Shown here piece by piece: positions 10,900 to 20,781 of a stretch of DNA of 64,000 bases. How positions within the stretch are numbered: position 1 is the first letter of the stretch; every line of letters starts with the position of its first letter. A program made the position numbers and the translations under genes. This DNA comes from Euryarchaeota archaeon SM23-78. GTDB lineage: Archaea > Nanobdellota > Nanobdellia > Woesearchaeales > SM23-78. The DNA is taken from positions 22,224-86,223 of the forward strand of contig LSSJ01000002.1 in the NCBI GenBank assembly GCA_001595785.1, in the 5' to 3' direction. The notes below the pieces were generated by a model that made no database searches, was not told the origin of the DNA, and saw only the letters and a list, made by a program, of their open reading frames with translations.

Positions 10900-11943
10900 A
10901 TGGGAGAGGATGCAAAAGATAAAGAAGAGAATGTGTTCATCACAAAAGATGAGAATAAGATAAGCAATCTCTGGGAATTAAGGGATTTTCTTAGCAAAAC
11001 GTCTGATGAAATTTTTACTCGTTATGTTAATGAAGAAAAGAATGATTTTGAGAGTTGGATAAGACACTCTTTAAAAAATCAGGAACTTGCAGACCTTGTA
11101 AGAAAAAAGAAAACCAGAGAAGAGACTGTCCAGATAATTGATTACTTCTTGACCAAGCAAGAACTTGAGAACCCAGAGTCAGAGTTAAGAGAAGAAGAAA
11201 TACCTGAGGTAGAACGAATCAGAATTGGAGTGCCTGGCTTTGACCAACTAATAACTGAGGGCATCCCAAAAGGAAGTTCTGTACTCATAAGCGGAGGCCC
11301 AGGAACTGGCAAGACAACCTTTTGTTTACAAATAATAAAAGAAGCAACTGAAAAAGGAGAAAAATGCCTATACTTAACCTTTGAAGAAGCCCCATTAAAG
11401 CTTAAGCAGCACATGAAGAGTTATGGCTGGGATCCTATCCAGCTTGAAAAAGAAGGCTCATTGATAATAAAAAAGATGCGGCCCTTTGACCTAAGCAGGT
11501 CTGTCGAGGCACTGCTGGCCAAGGCTAGTGGCGAGCTCACAATTGAACTCGATGAAATAGAAGGAGTCATTCCAAAGGATTTTAAGCCTGACAGGATTGT
11601 TCTTGACTCATTATCATCAGTCGCTGCTGCTTTTATTGGCAGAGAAGAAGGTTACAGGATTTATATTGAGCAGTTATTCACTCTTTTTAAGAGTATAGGA
11701 GCAACCTCTTTTCTTATAACAGAAATAGAACAAGAAACATCTAGGTATAGCAGGAGTGGTATTGAGGAATTCCTAGCAGATGCTGTTTTTGTTTTCTACA
11801 ACATTAGAAAAAAGAATGTAAGACTTAATGCCTTGGAAATCCTCAAAATAAGAGGAACCCTTCATCAGAAAAAAATAGTTCCATTTAAGATAATCTCAAA
11901 TCAAGGAATAGTTGTTTACCCACAGGAAGAGGTTTTTACTTAA
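10900..11943 (+). CDS. KaiC/RAD55-family single-domain ATPase with N-terminal DUF5752-like domain
   Basis: GGPGTGKT Walker A, TFEE, VLDSLS, EEFLAD, LKIRGT.H. N-terminal NL.EL...L.....F..YVN.EKNDF..WI motif. RBS GAGGTG. Confidence 0.85.
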   Translation: MGEDAKDKEENVFITKDENKISNLWELRDFLSKTSDEIFTRYVNEEKNDFESWIRHSLKNQELADLVRKKKTREETVQIIDYFLTKQELENPESELREEEIPEVERIRIGVPGFDQLITEGIPKGSSVLISGGPGTGKTTFCLQIIKEATEKGEKCLYLTFEEAPLKLKQHMKSYGWDPIQLEKEGSLIIKKMRPFDLSRSVEALLAKASGELTIELDEIEGVIPKDFKPDRIVLDSLSSVAAAFIGREEGYRIYIEQLFTLFKSIGATSFLITEIEQETSRYSRSGIEEFLADAVFVFYNIRKKNVRLNALEILKIRGTLHQKKIVPFKIISNQGIVVYPQEEVFT

Positions 11944-11951
11944 TCAGTCAA

Positions 11952-14900
11952 ATGTTAAATAAAAAGTTTTTAAACAAAAATATATGTTATCACATCATTA
12001 TTTTAGTTTTAGGAATACCTCTTCTTTTTCCTCTGATAAATGCATTAACAGGTAACTACTCAACAACATCTCCTTTTAGCTGTGGAGCTAATTGTAATTT
12101 GGGGTATGAGCTTTCTGGTCATAACGCAACTTACTGTTACAACAATCCTGTTGAATGCTACAACACAATAGACACTTGTAGAGATGGAACTAATGATGGA
12201 TTTGAATTTGTTAACAACATATTCGTAACAGACCTTAATGATACCAACTTTATAGGAGGCCACACAGTAAATGTAACCGTAGAGTTTGACTGTGACAGTG
12301 ACGGTGATACAATAACTATTTCGTATCATAATGGAACCAGTTTCAGGGTAATACAAGATGACACTTGCTCTGTTGGTGCTTTGGTAAACAAATCATATAG
12401 CTTTGTCCTGGATGAAAATGGAGGAAACCACACAATTAGGGCAGTAATAGTTTATAACGGCGGTACCAACATGATTTGTGGATATAACTATGATACTACT
12501 TTTTCTGACACTGATGATGTTACTTTTTATGTAATTCAAGGACCAGATACTGAGAACCCAAAAGTAAGTGGTGTTAGTCCAAGCCCAGGAACTTCTTATA
12601 ATCAGAACTATGGTTTAATTATACCAATATCTGCTAATATTACTGATGATAGAAATATTAGTATTGTACAGACTCTTGTGGAATGGGATTCATATACTCA
12701 TAGTATCAATCTCGGACATATTAGTGGAAACCTTTATTCAGGAAACTTCACCAATATTACTGAAGTGACCCTTTACAATGTGACCATAATAGCAAATGAT
12801 AGCTCTAATAACATGAACAATACTGAAACCACTTATTTTACAATAAACTCTACAACTAACATTACTATTGTTTCACCTAGCAACAGGCAGGTGCTTCCTT
12901 ATGGAGACATAAACCTCAGATTCACAATTGACTCTGGTTATAACACAGATAAAGCAAGGTACTCTATAGATGCTGGAGCAAACATAACTTTAAATGCAAA
13001 TGACAAATTAAGAGTAAGCTTTATCCAATCAGACCAGAATGCTACAATTGGAGAAGCTGATAATGTATATGACAATCTTTCAATGTCTTTCATACCAACC
13101 GAAAATATGAGCATTGAGTTAGTGGCTATTAGTATTAAAAGGAACGACTCAGGAACTCCTAATTCTCAACTACAGGTAAGAACTGACAGTGGAGGCAGTC
13201 CTTCAAATACAATTCTTGCTACGGGTAGTATTACTAACACCTCTGTTACAGCAAACTACTCCTTTGTAAATATAACCCTTAACACCACGATTAATCTTGC
13301 TATAAATACAACTTACTGGTTGTTTCTGACTCCAAATGGTTCAGCAACTAATTTTTATACTTGGGAGAAAAGCAATGACGGCTTATATGCAAATGGTAAT
13401 TACAGTAATAACAACAGTCTTGACTTGCTGTTCAGAGTGTATGACAGATACAAATATAATACAACTCTTACAAATGTTTCAAAAGGAACACATAAGATAT
13501 TGATCTATGCTAATAGTACAAACATGAGCTCAATAAAATCCCAACTTATCCAGTTTGAAGTTGACAATAGATCACCTAGCATAGGAGCAGTAACATATGT
13601 GCCAAACACAACAGCAGATATGGATCCAAGTATAATGATAAATGTAAGCGTGAATGTGAGTGATGAAGTAGGAATTGTACAAGTACTGCTTCAATATAAG
13701 GAGAGCAATGAAAGCGCTTATCTGAATAATAGTATGCAGAATATAAGCGGAGTATATAAAGGGAATTTTACACCCAACTTTGAGAATAATTGGACTTTTA
13801 GAATCTATGCAAAAGACAGTTCCAACAATACAGCTTATTCAAGTGCAAATATAATAGGGGTTTTATATGAGTACTCTTGGAACCGAACTCCTTCAAGTTT
13901 TAACACAATATCATCTTTCCTTAACACCAACACGACTGTTGGCAATATAACCATTAATAACACGGCAGACATTAACCTGACTATTAACATTTCAAAAACA
14001 ATTTCAACAGTGCCCAGCTTATACTTTAACAACACAAAAGGAAGTCTGGTATTTAATGTGGATTCTGGTAGCACAGCCACTATTAGCGTGACAGCCACGG
14101 GTCAGAGTATTGAATCAGAACAAGAAGTAGGGATAAGAATCGATCCAAGCCAGCCTAGTGCAACACCAGATTACTTACTAACTAACTTTACTTTTATATC
14201 GTATGTATCAGGACCCTACCTTGATATTGATATCACTGAATACGACTCCACAGTAATCCAAGGACAAAAAAGAGTGAAATTAACAGCAACTATCATAAAT
14301 GTAGGTAATGAAAGTGCAAATAATGTTAATGCGCACTGGACCTTGCCAATAGGATGGAATGCTAAGACTAATTTTACAGCCAATTATTCATCTCTTGGAG
14401 TTGGCCAACAAGTAAGCTTTACAAGATATGTTGATATTGGTTCAAGTGCAAGCACAGGCACACAGACCATTAGAATAGATATAAATTGTTCAGAAGGAAA
14501 AAACAGTACTGATTCCAAGAGCGTGAGCGTGAGCAGTAGTGGGGGACAAACTCCAGGCATCATCACCCCAGGCGGGGGTGGAGGTGGTGGAGGTATTATT
14601 TCTGCAGAAATAAGTAAACTAGACATTAGAATTTTGGAGGAAATAGAGATTGAAAGGGGTACCAATTACACCCTGACTGGAACTCTAAAAAATATTGGTG
14701 AATATGATTTAGAAAATTTAAGTATTATCCTTAGTGGATTTCCAATAATACATTACAACATAAAACCTAGTATTATTGACAAACTAAAAGTAAATGATAC
14801 CCAGTTATTTACATTGTTCCTTAATGTGCCTGAATACTTTGGAGGTGGAAAACACGAGACCATCCTTGATGTAAAAACTCTTGCAGGAAATGCGTGGAAA

Positions 14901-15809
14901 GAGTTCAGCAAGAAGATAATTATTATTGTTATCACAGAGGACAAGAAGCAGGCACTTGAATGTGTAGAAAAAACCCAACTAAAGATAGATGAATTACAAA
15001 GTATCGGCTTGAATACTGTAAAATTAAACCAAAAATTAGATGATGCAAAAAGAAATTATAATATCAAGAATTATGCAGATGCAAATAACCTTTGTAAACA
15101 AACATTAAGAGATGCTGAGCTTGCTTTTGATTTAAATGACAGAATAGCCTCTATTAAAAAGGCTTATGCTGAGCTAGAAACAGATATCCCAGAAATAAAG
15201 GAGTTAATCCAACTTATGCAAGAGGCCTTTGAGAGAGAAGATTTTGTCTTGGCGAACACCAGAGCAGAGCAAGCAGAGTTTCTGCTCAGCCTCAAAGAAA
15301 AAGAGATCCAGCAAACCCTACCGTATAAATGGGGGTTGGTAAGAAAGTATTGGGTACAAATAACAGGTGTTTTAATAATGTTAATAATAATAGGAATCTT
15401 TGCTTATTCGTCAACAAATCTTAAGGCAGTAACAAAAAGAATCAAGAACTTGGAAAAACACCATGGCGCGGTGCATAACAAAATAAAGGAAGCGCAACAT
15501 AAGTATTTTGTTAAGAAAGCCTTACCTTCAAGACTTTATAAAAAAGAAATGGAGCATCACAGAAACAGCCTAGCAGATATTGAGAAGAAAAAGCATGAAT
15601 TAAAGATTAAGAGGTTAAAAATAATTAGTGGACGCAGACTTAAAGACTTGGAAAAAACAAGACAAGAAGCTGATGAAAGTAAGAAAGAACTTCACAGGAA
15701 ATATTATGTTCACAAGACAATTGATAAGCAGACTTTTCACAAGCTTAAACTGGGTTTTGATAAAATCATACAAGATATTGAAAAAAGGATTGAGTTGAAA
15801 AAGAAGTAA
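11952..15809 (+). CDS. Large membrane-anchored surface glycoprotein (Cys-rich N-terminus, Ig-like/CARDB-like domains, poly-Gly linker, helical stalk, TM, basic cytoplasmic tail)
   Basis: Signal peptide, sequon-rich beta domains, GGGGGGG linker, coiled-coil, TM (WVQITGVLIMLIIIGIFAY), and two Q/H-x-KY(F/Y)V motifs in the tail. Confidence 0.8.
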   Translation: MLNKKFLNKNICYHIIILVLGIPLLFPLINALTGNYSTTSPFSCGANCNLGYELSGHNATYCYNNPVECYNTIDTCRDGTNDGFEFVNNIFVTDLNDTNFIGGHTVNVTVEFDCDSDGDTITISYHNGTSFRVIQDDTCSVGALVNKSYSFVLDENGGNHTIRAVIVYNGGTNMICGYNYDTTFSDTDDVTFYVIQGPDTENPKVSGVSPSPGTSYNQNYGLIIPISANITDDRNISIVQTLVEWDSYTHSINLGHISGNLYSGNFTNITEVTLYNVTIIANDSSNNMNNTETTYFTINSTTNITIVSPSNRQVLPYGDINLRFTIDSGYNTDKARYSIDAGANITLNANDKLRVSFIQSDQNATIGEADNVYDNLSMSFIPTENMSIELVAISIKRNDSGTPNSQLQVRTDSGGSPSNTILATGSITNTSVTANYSFVNITLNTTINLAINTTYWLFLTPNGSATNFYTWEKSNDGLYANGNYSNNNSLDLLFRVYDRYKYNTTLTNVSKGTHKILIYANSTNMSSIKSQLIQFEVDNRSPSIGAVTYVPNTTADMDPSIMINVSVNVSDEVGIVQVLLQYKESNESAYLNNSMQNISGVYKGNFTPNFENNWTFRIYAKDSSNNTAYSSANIIGVLYEYSWNRTPSSFNTISSFLNTNTTVGNITINNTADINLTINISKTISTVPSLYFNNTKGSLVFNVDSGSTATISVTATGQSIESEQEVGIRIDPSQPSATPDYLLTNFTFISYVSGPYLDIDITEYDSTVIQGQKRVKLTATIINVGNESANNVNAHWTLPIGWNAKTNFTANYSSLGVGQQVSFTRYVDIGSSASTGTQTIRIDINCSEGKNSTDSKSVSVSSSGGQTPGIITPGGGGGGGGIISAEISKLDIRILEEIEIERGTNYTLTGTLKNIGEYDLENLSIILSGFPIIHYNIKPSIIDKLKVNDTQLFTLFLNVPEYFGGGKHETILDVKTLAGNAWKEFSKKIIIIVITEDKKQALECVEKTQLKIDELQSIGLNTVKLNQKLDDAKRNYNIKNYADANNLCKQTLRDAELAFDLNDRIASIKKAYAELETDIPEIKELIQLMQEAFEREDFVLANTRAEQAEFLLSLKEKEIQQTLPYKWGLVRKYWVQITGVLIMLIIIGIFAYSSTNLKAVTKRIKNLEKHHGAVHNKIKEAQHKYFVKKALPSRLYKKEMEHHRNSLADIEKKKHELKIKRLKIISGRRLKDLEKTRQEADESKKELHRKYYVHKTIDKQTFHKLKLGFDKIIQDIEKRIELKKK

Positions 15810-15832
15810 TAAAATAAAAAAAGAGGTGAAGA

Positions 15833-17188
15833 GTGAAAGCAATATATATCCTTAAAATACTACTTAAAATATTACTAACCTTAATATTACTAAACTTGGC
15901 AGTAAATCTTTCTATAGCAAAAGAAGAACAAGAACTAAGAACAGAGCTTCTGAAATTAAGTCAGGTAAAGGAGGAAATGATAGCTGCAGGTATGGGCACA
16001 ACCAGAATTGATGATTTAATTACAGAAGGGTTTATACACTTTAATAACAAGAACTATGAAAAGACAAAGGAAATAGTATCCTCTGTTTATGAGTTAAGAG
16101 ATGCTGCTTTCAATATAAAAGAGGAGCTCAAGTTTGTCAACCAGCTTTATCTTGATATTAGAGAGAGAAACATCAGCCTAGGTGATATGAGTATCACCAA
16201 GCTTGAATGGGATTTGGGTTATGTTGAACGAGAGATGGAAAAAGAGAACTATGAAGAGTCATTAGAAATACTGGCAAGGGTAAAAAAAGAATTTCTCGAT
16301 ATTATTTGGAAAGAGTATGACTATCTTAATGAATCTGTTTCAGTAATTGAAGAAAAAATAGGTTTGTTAGGGCTAAGCAAGGCAAGAATAACTACCTTAA
16401 AGAGTCTGTTATCTGAGGCCTTGGAAACAGGAAAACTAAAGGAACTAGAGATTATTAAACAAGAAACAATGGATTTGAATAAGGGCCTGGCTTATTATGA
16501 AGAAATAAAACCATTTATCCCTGTTTTGGAAAGTAAAAACCTTTCTGCGCAGAGGATAAAAGATGAACTCACAGCTGCTGAACTTGAACTTAACTTTGCT
16601 GATTATGAGTCTAGCCTTAGCAGGCTTGAAAGTCTTAGAACTTTGGCAGAGAAAGCTATTCTGCTTGATGAAGAGATTAATGAACTTGAGAAAAAGATTG
16701 TTGATGAAAAAGTCAAGCAAGGATCAAATTCTTATTTAAAAGAAGCAGAAATCATTTTAAAAGAAGCAAAACATGAATTGATTGTTGGAAATTATGAAGG
16801 AGCAGAACAAAAATTGGTTAGTGCAAGAACAAATTTTGAGAGTTTAAAAGCAGAGTTTCTTGTTGAAAGAGCAGGCGCCACTAGTTTTGGTATCAATTTA
16901 AAAGAGTTTGTAAGAAAAAACTGGCTATATATAGTGCTTGTAATCTTAGTAATCCTCTTAGGGCTTAAGTTAACCTCCGGGGCATGGTCTTATGGTTTAG
17001 GAAAAAAAAGAATTGCAAGACTAGAGAAAGAGCTCAAGGTTAATGAGAATATGATTCAGAACCTTCAAAAAGACTATTTTGTTCACAAGAAAATGGCAAG
17101 AGAGAGTTATGATGAGGCGTATGAGTCATTGCAGGAGAAGATAATGAAAATAAAAGATAGGTTATCCCAATTAAATAAGAAGGTTTAA
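15833..17188 (+). CDS. Membrane-anchored helical/coiled-coil protein
   Basis: RBS GAGGTGA before GTG. Signal peptide, helical repeats, C-terminal TM, tail LQKDYFVHKKM...Y similar to the upstream gene. Confidence 0.8.
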   Translation: MKAIYILKILLKILLTLILLNLAVNLSIAKEEQELRTELLKLSQVKEEMIAAGMGTTRIDDLITEGFIHFNNKNYEKTKEIVSSVYELRDAAFNIKEELKFVNQLYLDIRERNISLGDMSITKLEWDLGYVEREMEKENYEESLEILARVKKEFLDIIWKEYDYLNESVSVIEEKIGLLGLSKARITTLKSLLSEALETGKLKELEIIKQETMDLNKGLAYYEEIKPFIPVLESKNLSAQRIKDELTAAELELNFADYESSLSRLESLRTLAEKAILLDEEINELEKKIVDEKVKQGSNSYLKEAEIILKEAKHELIVGNYEGAEQKLVSARTNFESLKAEFLVERAGATSFGINLKEFVRKNWLYIVLVILVILLGLKLTSGAWSYGLGKKRIARLEKELKVNENMIQNLQKDYFVHKKMARESYDEAYESLQEKIMKIKDRLSQLNKKV

Positions 17189-17236
17189 AAAAGGAAAGAA
17201 TAACTATATTTATTACCTCTGCAGAAGGTAAAAAAA

Positions 17237-17764
17237 ATGGATTTAATAGAAGAAGTAAAGAACAAGCAGATTGTTCTGGTAGTTCTTCCAAAAACCCAGT
17301 ACACAAATAAACTAATAGAAGTAGTCAAAGCAGTTGATGTTGTCTCAAACAAGGTTTGCTATGTATGCCTAAATAAGCCTTATAACAGCATAATAGATAA
17401 TCTTAAAGCCAACAACTTGGACTTGGATAAGTACTTCTTTATTGATGTGCTTACGAGTACTGTGAAAACTCCTGAGCCGACTGATAACTGCGAGTTTGTA
17501 CAGTCACCTAGTGCTTTGACTGATATAAGCCTTGCATTTACAAAAGCAGTGCAGGAAATGAACTGCAACAATGTATTGTTCGATGCAATCTCAACACTTA
17601 CAATCTACCAAGACATAGGAGAGATTATCAAGTTCACCCAAAACCTGATGACCAAGGCAAGAGTGAGCGGAGTGAAATCAGTATATATAGCCTTAAAAGA
17701 AGATAGCGACGAATTAGTGAAGGATCTTACCATGTTTGTTGACGGGGTTGTTGAGTTAGGATGA
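17237..17764 (+). CDS. Inactive RecA/KaiC-fold protein (DUF835/FlaH-like, no Walker A)
   Basis: VCYVCLNKPY, FFIDV, LFDAISTL.IY motifs. Paralog of 23717-24262. Confidence 0.65.
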   Translation: MDLIEEVKNKQIVLVVLPKTQYTNKLIEVVKAVDVVSNKVCYVCLNKPYNSIIDNLKANNLDLDKYFFIDVLTSTVKTPEPTDNCEFVQSPSALTDISLAFTKAVQEMNCNNVLFDAISTLTIYQDIGEIIKFTQNLMTKARVSGVKSVYIALKEDSDELVKDLTMFVDGVVELG

Positions 17765-17787
17765 GCTACATTCTACTAATTTTATGC

Positions 17788-17910
17788 TGAAATCTTGTCC
17801 GTCGGCGCCATTGTTTGCATTAGCTACTTTGTTTTTGTAGCTATGCAAAGGCCCGGCGAAGCTTTGTGAGCAGTTTAATAGCGAACAAAGCGGAGTAGGA
17901 CAAGATTTCA
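17788..17910 (+). repeat. Dispersed structured element, copy A
   Basis: TGAAATCTTGTCC/GGACAAGATTTCA closing stem with core CC-GTC...GCC...GGC...GAAGC...GCGGAGTAGG. Confidence 0.7.
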
Positions 17911-17993
17911 ATAATGATTTTATAGCAAGGTTTTTATAGTTTAAATACCCTTCTCTTTTGGAAGGGGTGGGAATACAGGGAAAGGATGCAACA

Positions 17994-20411
17994 ATGGTAG
18001 AAGACATTCTCAAAAAGGAGGATAAACTTTCACCCGGCTATGTTCTAGGAAACAGGTATGAGATATTAGAAGAAATAGGCTTTGGAGGCATGGCTCGTGT
18101 TTATTCTGCTCATGACAAAAAACTTAAGAGAATGGTTGCACTAAAAGTTCTTGACAAAAAATTTTACATGAACGAAGAGTATGTTAAAAGATTTAAAAGA
18201 GAGGCTGAATCCATAGCTAAGCTAGACCATCCAAACATTGCTGAAGTGTATGATATTGATGAACTTGATAATAGGCTTTATATATCCATGAAATATATTC
18301 AAGGAAAAAGCCTTGATAAAATATTAGAGGAACACCACGGATTCTTTGATATAGAAACAGGGTGTGGGGTTGGGCAGAAACTTCTTGATGCACTAACACA
18401 TGCACATAGCCAAGGAGTTATTCATCGTGATATAAAACCGAGTAATGTGATGATTACAGGAGATGCCTGCTTTACATGCGAATGGGACCTTAAAATCTTG
18501 GATTTTGGTATTGCAAAAATACTGGATGATGAGACAATTCATACCCAGTTAACTCAGTACGACACAAGACTGGGCACACCTGAATATATGTCTCCTGAAC
18601 AGATTGATGGCGAGGAAACAACTGGAAAAGAGGATGTTTGGTCAACAGCTGTTATGCTTTATGAAATGCTTACAGGAGGAAGACTGCCTTTTGGTATTGT
18701 AAGAGAGATGAAGTATACAAAGAAGACAAAACAAATAGCATTGGGAGAACTGAAAGGACCACGAAGTATTAACAGTCAGATACCTAAGAATTTAGAAGAT
18801 GTTATTTTGAAAGGGCTTGAAAGAGATATAGATAAAAGGTATGATGCAAAAGAAATGCTTGAGGATATAACCAAATTTCTAAACAAAGAGGAATTTATTG
18901 TTGAAGGAAGTAAAGAAAGAAGAGTTGAGGTGTATGGTAGGCGAGAGTTCTTAAAAAGGATCATCTTATTCGGAGGTGCAGGATTGAGCGTATTAGGAGG
19001 ATCAAGTCTGATAATAATGAATCATATTGATAAGAAAAATTCATTATATCCAACATTTGAAAAGATAAAGAAAGCATCAACCTGGGAGGATTTAAAACCT
19101 ATAATGAAAGAGGTAAGAAACAAGAAATTCAGGTGGGTTCTTAAAAGGTCAAAACATATAAAAAAAGATCCTTTGCAAGACGATGCTACATTTGCGCCTT
19201 TTTCATTTAAAGAAAATAAAGTAGATTATACAGATAATTTGCATTATGGATCTCAGCTTATGAGAGATATTTATGAAATGGGATTTATAGAAACAGGCAA
19301 CCCTGACTTTTTAGAGCAGTTTATAAGGCTCTATGATTTAACCGATTTCAGTAAAACACGCACCTATAAATGTTACTTAGACAGATTTAAAATAAGCTGG
19401 GAAATGTTTCAATTTATGGAAAAAAATGGGTTCAAAGAGACTGCTGGGCTATTAAAAGAGAAAATGGGTTTTGCTGTAGCTGCGCAATTAAAAGAGAGGT
19501 ACCATAAAACTGGGTTCTTTCAGTACTTAAATCCTAGGGATAAAACTTCTACCAAACAATTGCTGCTTGTATACACGCAGATGCACGCAATACCGTTATT
19601 GACTGAAGGCATAAAAATATTTAATCTTGAGAAAGATTTGGGAATAGACCCTGAAGAATATATTAATGCTATAAGAGAGCAAACAAAAACATCAAATAAC
19701 TTGTTGATAGGAAAGGATAATGGGGTGCATTTTGGAGTGTATTTTAATCCATTTACCAAAGAATTAACACAGCTTCTTTTTGAAGCAAAATATGAGATAA
19801 AGGCGTACAGGTCGGATAATATAATCAAGTATCTTAGAGAAGGTTTGGAACCTGTGATCTGGCTGTATTCTACTATTGAATCAGTAGTTAACAGAGATAT
19901 TAAAGGAAACAGCATACAAACACAACTTCAAGAGAATATTATGAAGATATTTCCACAGTATTTAAAAGAAATAAATCAAGCAAAAGTAAAGTTAATCCAA
20001 TCATTTACAAGAATACTGAAGTTTTATAGAAATCATTTAAACAAGAATGGTTTAATTCCAGAGTTTCTTCCTGTTGAAGGTGAACCTATTGAAGGAGACA
20101 ATCCTTTAAACCTGGCATCCACATTTACCTATTTCACCTTTATAAATGATGTGTTAAACAATAAGAGCGTGATGACTCAATACTTACCGCAGGAGATAAA
20201 AAGACAACTTTCCAAAGAAAGAATAACACTGGCTAAAGTAATATATCAAAAGAGCTTTTTTAATAATAAGTTTGATTCATCTAAAAATTTATCTTTCTTA
20301 AAGAATTTGAATTATGAAGAAGAAAACAATAAAAAAGACATGGATAAAGAAGAAAACAAACCAGCCTTGATATATGTTCAAGATGAAAAAGAAGTTCTTA
20401 AAATAAAATAA
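17994..20411 (+). CDS. Hanks-type (PknB-like) transmembrane Ser/Thr protein kinase with large extracellular helical domain
   Basis: IGFGGMARVY, VALK, HRDIKPSN, DFGIAK, GTPEYMSPEQ, DVWS motifs. TM follows GRREFLK. ATG 17994 preferred over TTG 17958. Confidence 0.9.
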   Translation: MVEDILKKEDKLSPGYVLGNRYEILEEIGFGGMARVYSAHDKKLKRMVALKVLDKKFYMNEEYVKRFKREAESIAKLDHPNIAEVYDIDELDNRLYISMKYIQGKSLDKILEEHHGFFDIETGCGVGQKLLDALTHAHSQGVIHRDIKPSNVMITGDACFTCEWDLKILDFGIAKILDDETIHTQLTQYDTRLGTPEYMSPEQIDGEETTGKEDVWSTAVMLYEMLTGGRLPFGIVREMKYTKKTKQIALGELKGPRSINSQIPKNLEDVILKGLERDIDKRYDAKEMLEDITKFLNKEEFIVEGSKERRVEVYGRREFLKRIILFGGAGLSVLGGSSLIIMNHIDKKNSLYPTFEKIKKASTWEDLKPIMKEVRNKKFRWVLKRSKHIKKDPLQDDATFAPFSFKENKVDYTDNLHYGSQLMRDIYEMGFIETGNPDFLEQFIRLYDLTDFSKTRTYKCYLDRFKISWEMFQFMEKNGFKETAGLLKEKMGFAVAAQLKERYHKTGFFQYLNPRDKTSTKQLLLVYTQMHAIPLLTEGIKIFNLEKDLGIDPEEYINAIREQTKTSNNLLIGKDNGVHFGVYFNPFTKELTQLLFEAKYEIKAYRSDNIIKYLREGLEPVIWLYSTIESVVNRDIKGNSIQTQLQENIMKIFPQYLKEINQAKVKLIQSFTRILKFYRNHLNKNGLIPEFLPVEGEPIEGDNPLNLASTFTYFTFINDVLNNKSVMTQYLPQEIKRQLSKERITLAKVIYQKSFFNNKFDSSKNLSFLKNLNYEEENNKKDMDKEENKPALIYVQDEKEVLKIK

Positions 20412-20424
20412 AAATATAAAAAAT

Positions 20425-20628
20425 TTAAGGACTTCCAGGTGGCTGACAAAGCGGGTCATCGTCAGGGCAGCCTTCGAATGATACTACCTTTCCAAAGCCT
20501 TCTGGTGTTATAGTCGGTGCTTCACTAAGACTTTCGGTGTTCTCGCTTTCCATCAGGAAAGCTCCACCTACACCCAATAGCAAGGCGCAGACTAATAGAG
20601 CTACAGCTACTACTACTATTTTATTCAT
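20425..20628 (-). CDS. Small secreted/membrane peptide (67 aa) with C-terminal CPDDDPLC loop
   Basis: RBS GGGGTGA before ATG at 20628. MNKIVVVAVALLVCALLLGVGGA signal-like segment. Confidence 0.6.
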   Translation of the reverse strand: MNKIVVVAVALLVCALLLGVGGAFLMESENTESLSEAPTITPEGFGKVVSFEGCPDDDPLCQPPGSP

Positions 20629-20781
20629 ATTTTCACCCCCATATTGGGACGAAAATAAGAGCTTATTCTTAAAGGCTTCTGAGAAAACAGGATAAAAATC
20701 AGCTTTTTTTATCCAAGCATTATCAATCACAAAGAGATAACACAAAGATTTATAATAAAAAGAAAATATCACTTTTTAGGG

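Noticed and set aside
10900-11943. Circadian clock KaiC
   Set aside because: Single ATPase domain with no KaiA/KaiB. It belongs to the broad archaeal KaiC/RAD55-like group.
14570-14595. G-rich tract as G-quadruplex or contingency locus
   Set aside because: It encodes a poly-Gly linker with mixed codons, common in these surface proteins (also ~49575-49625).
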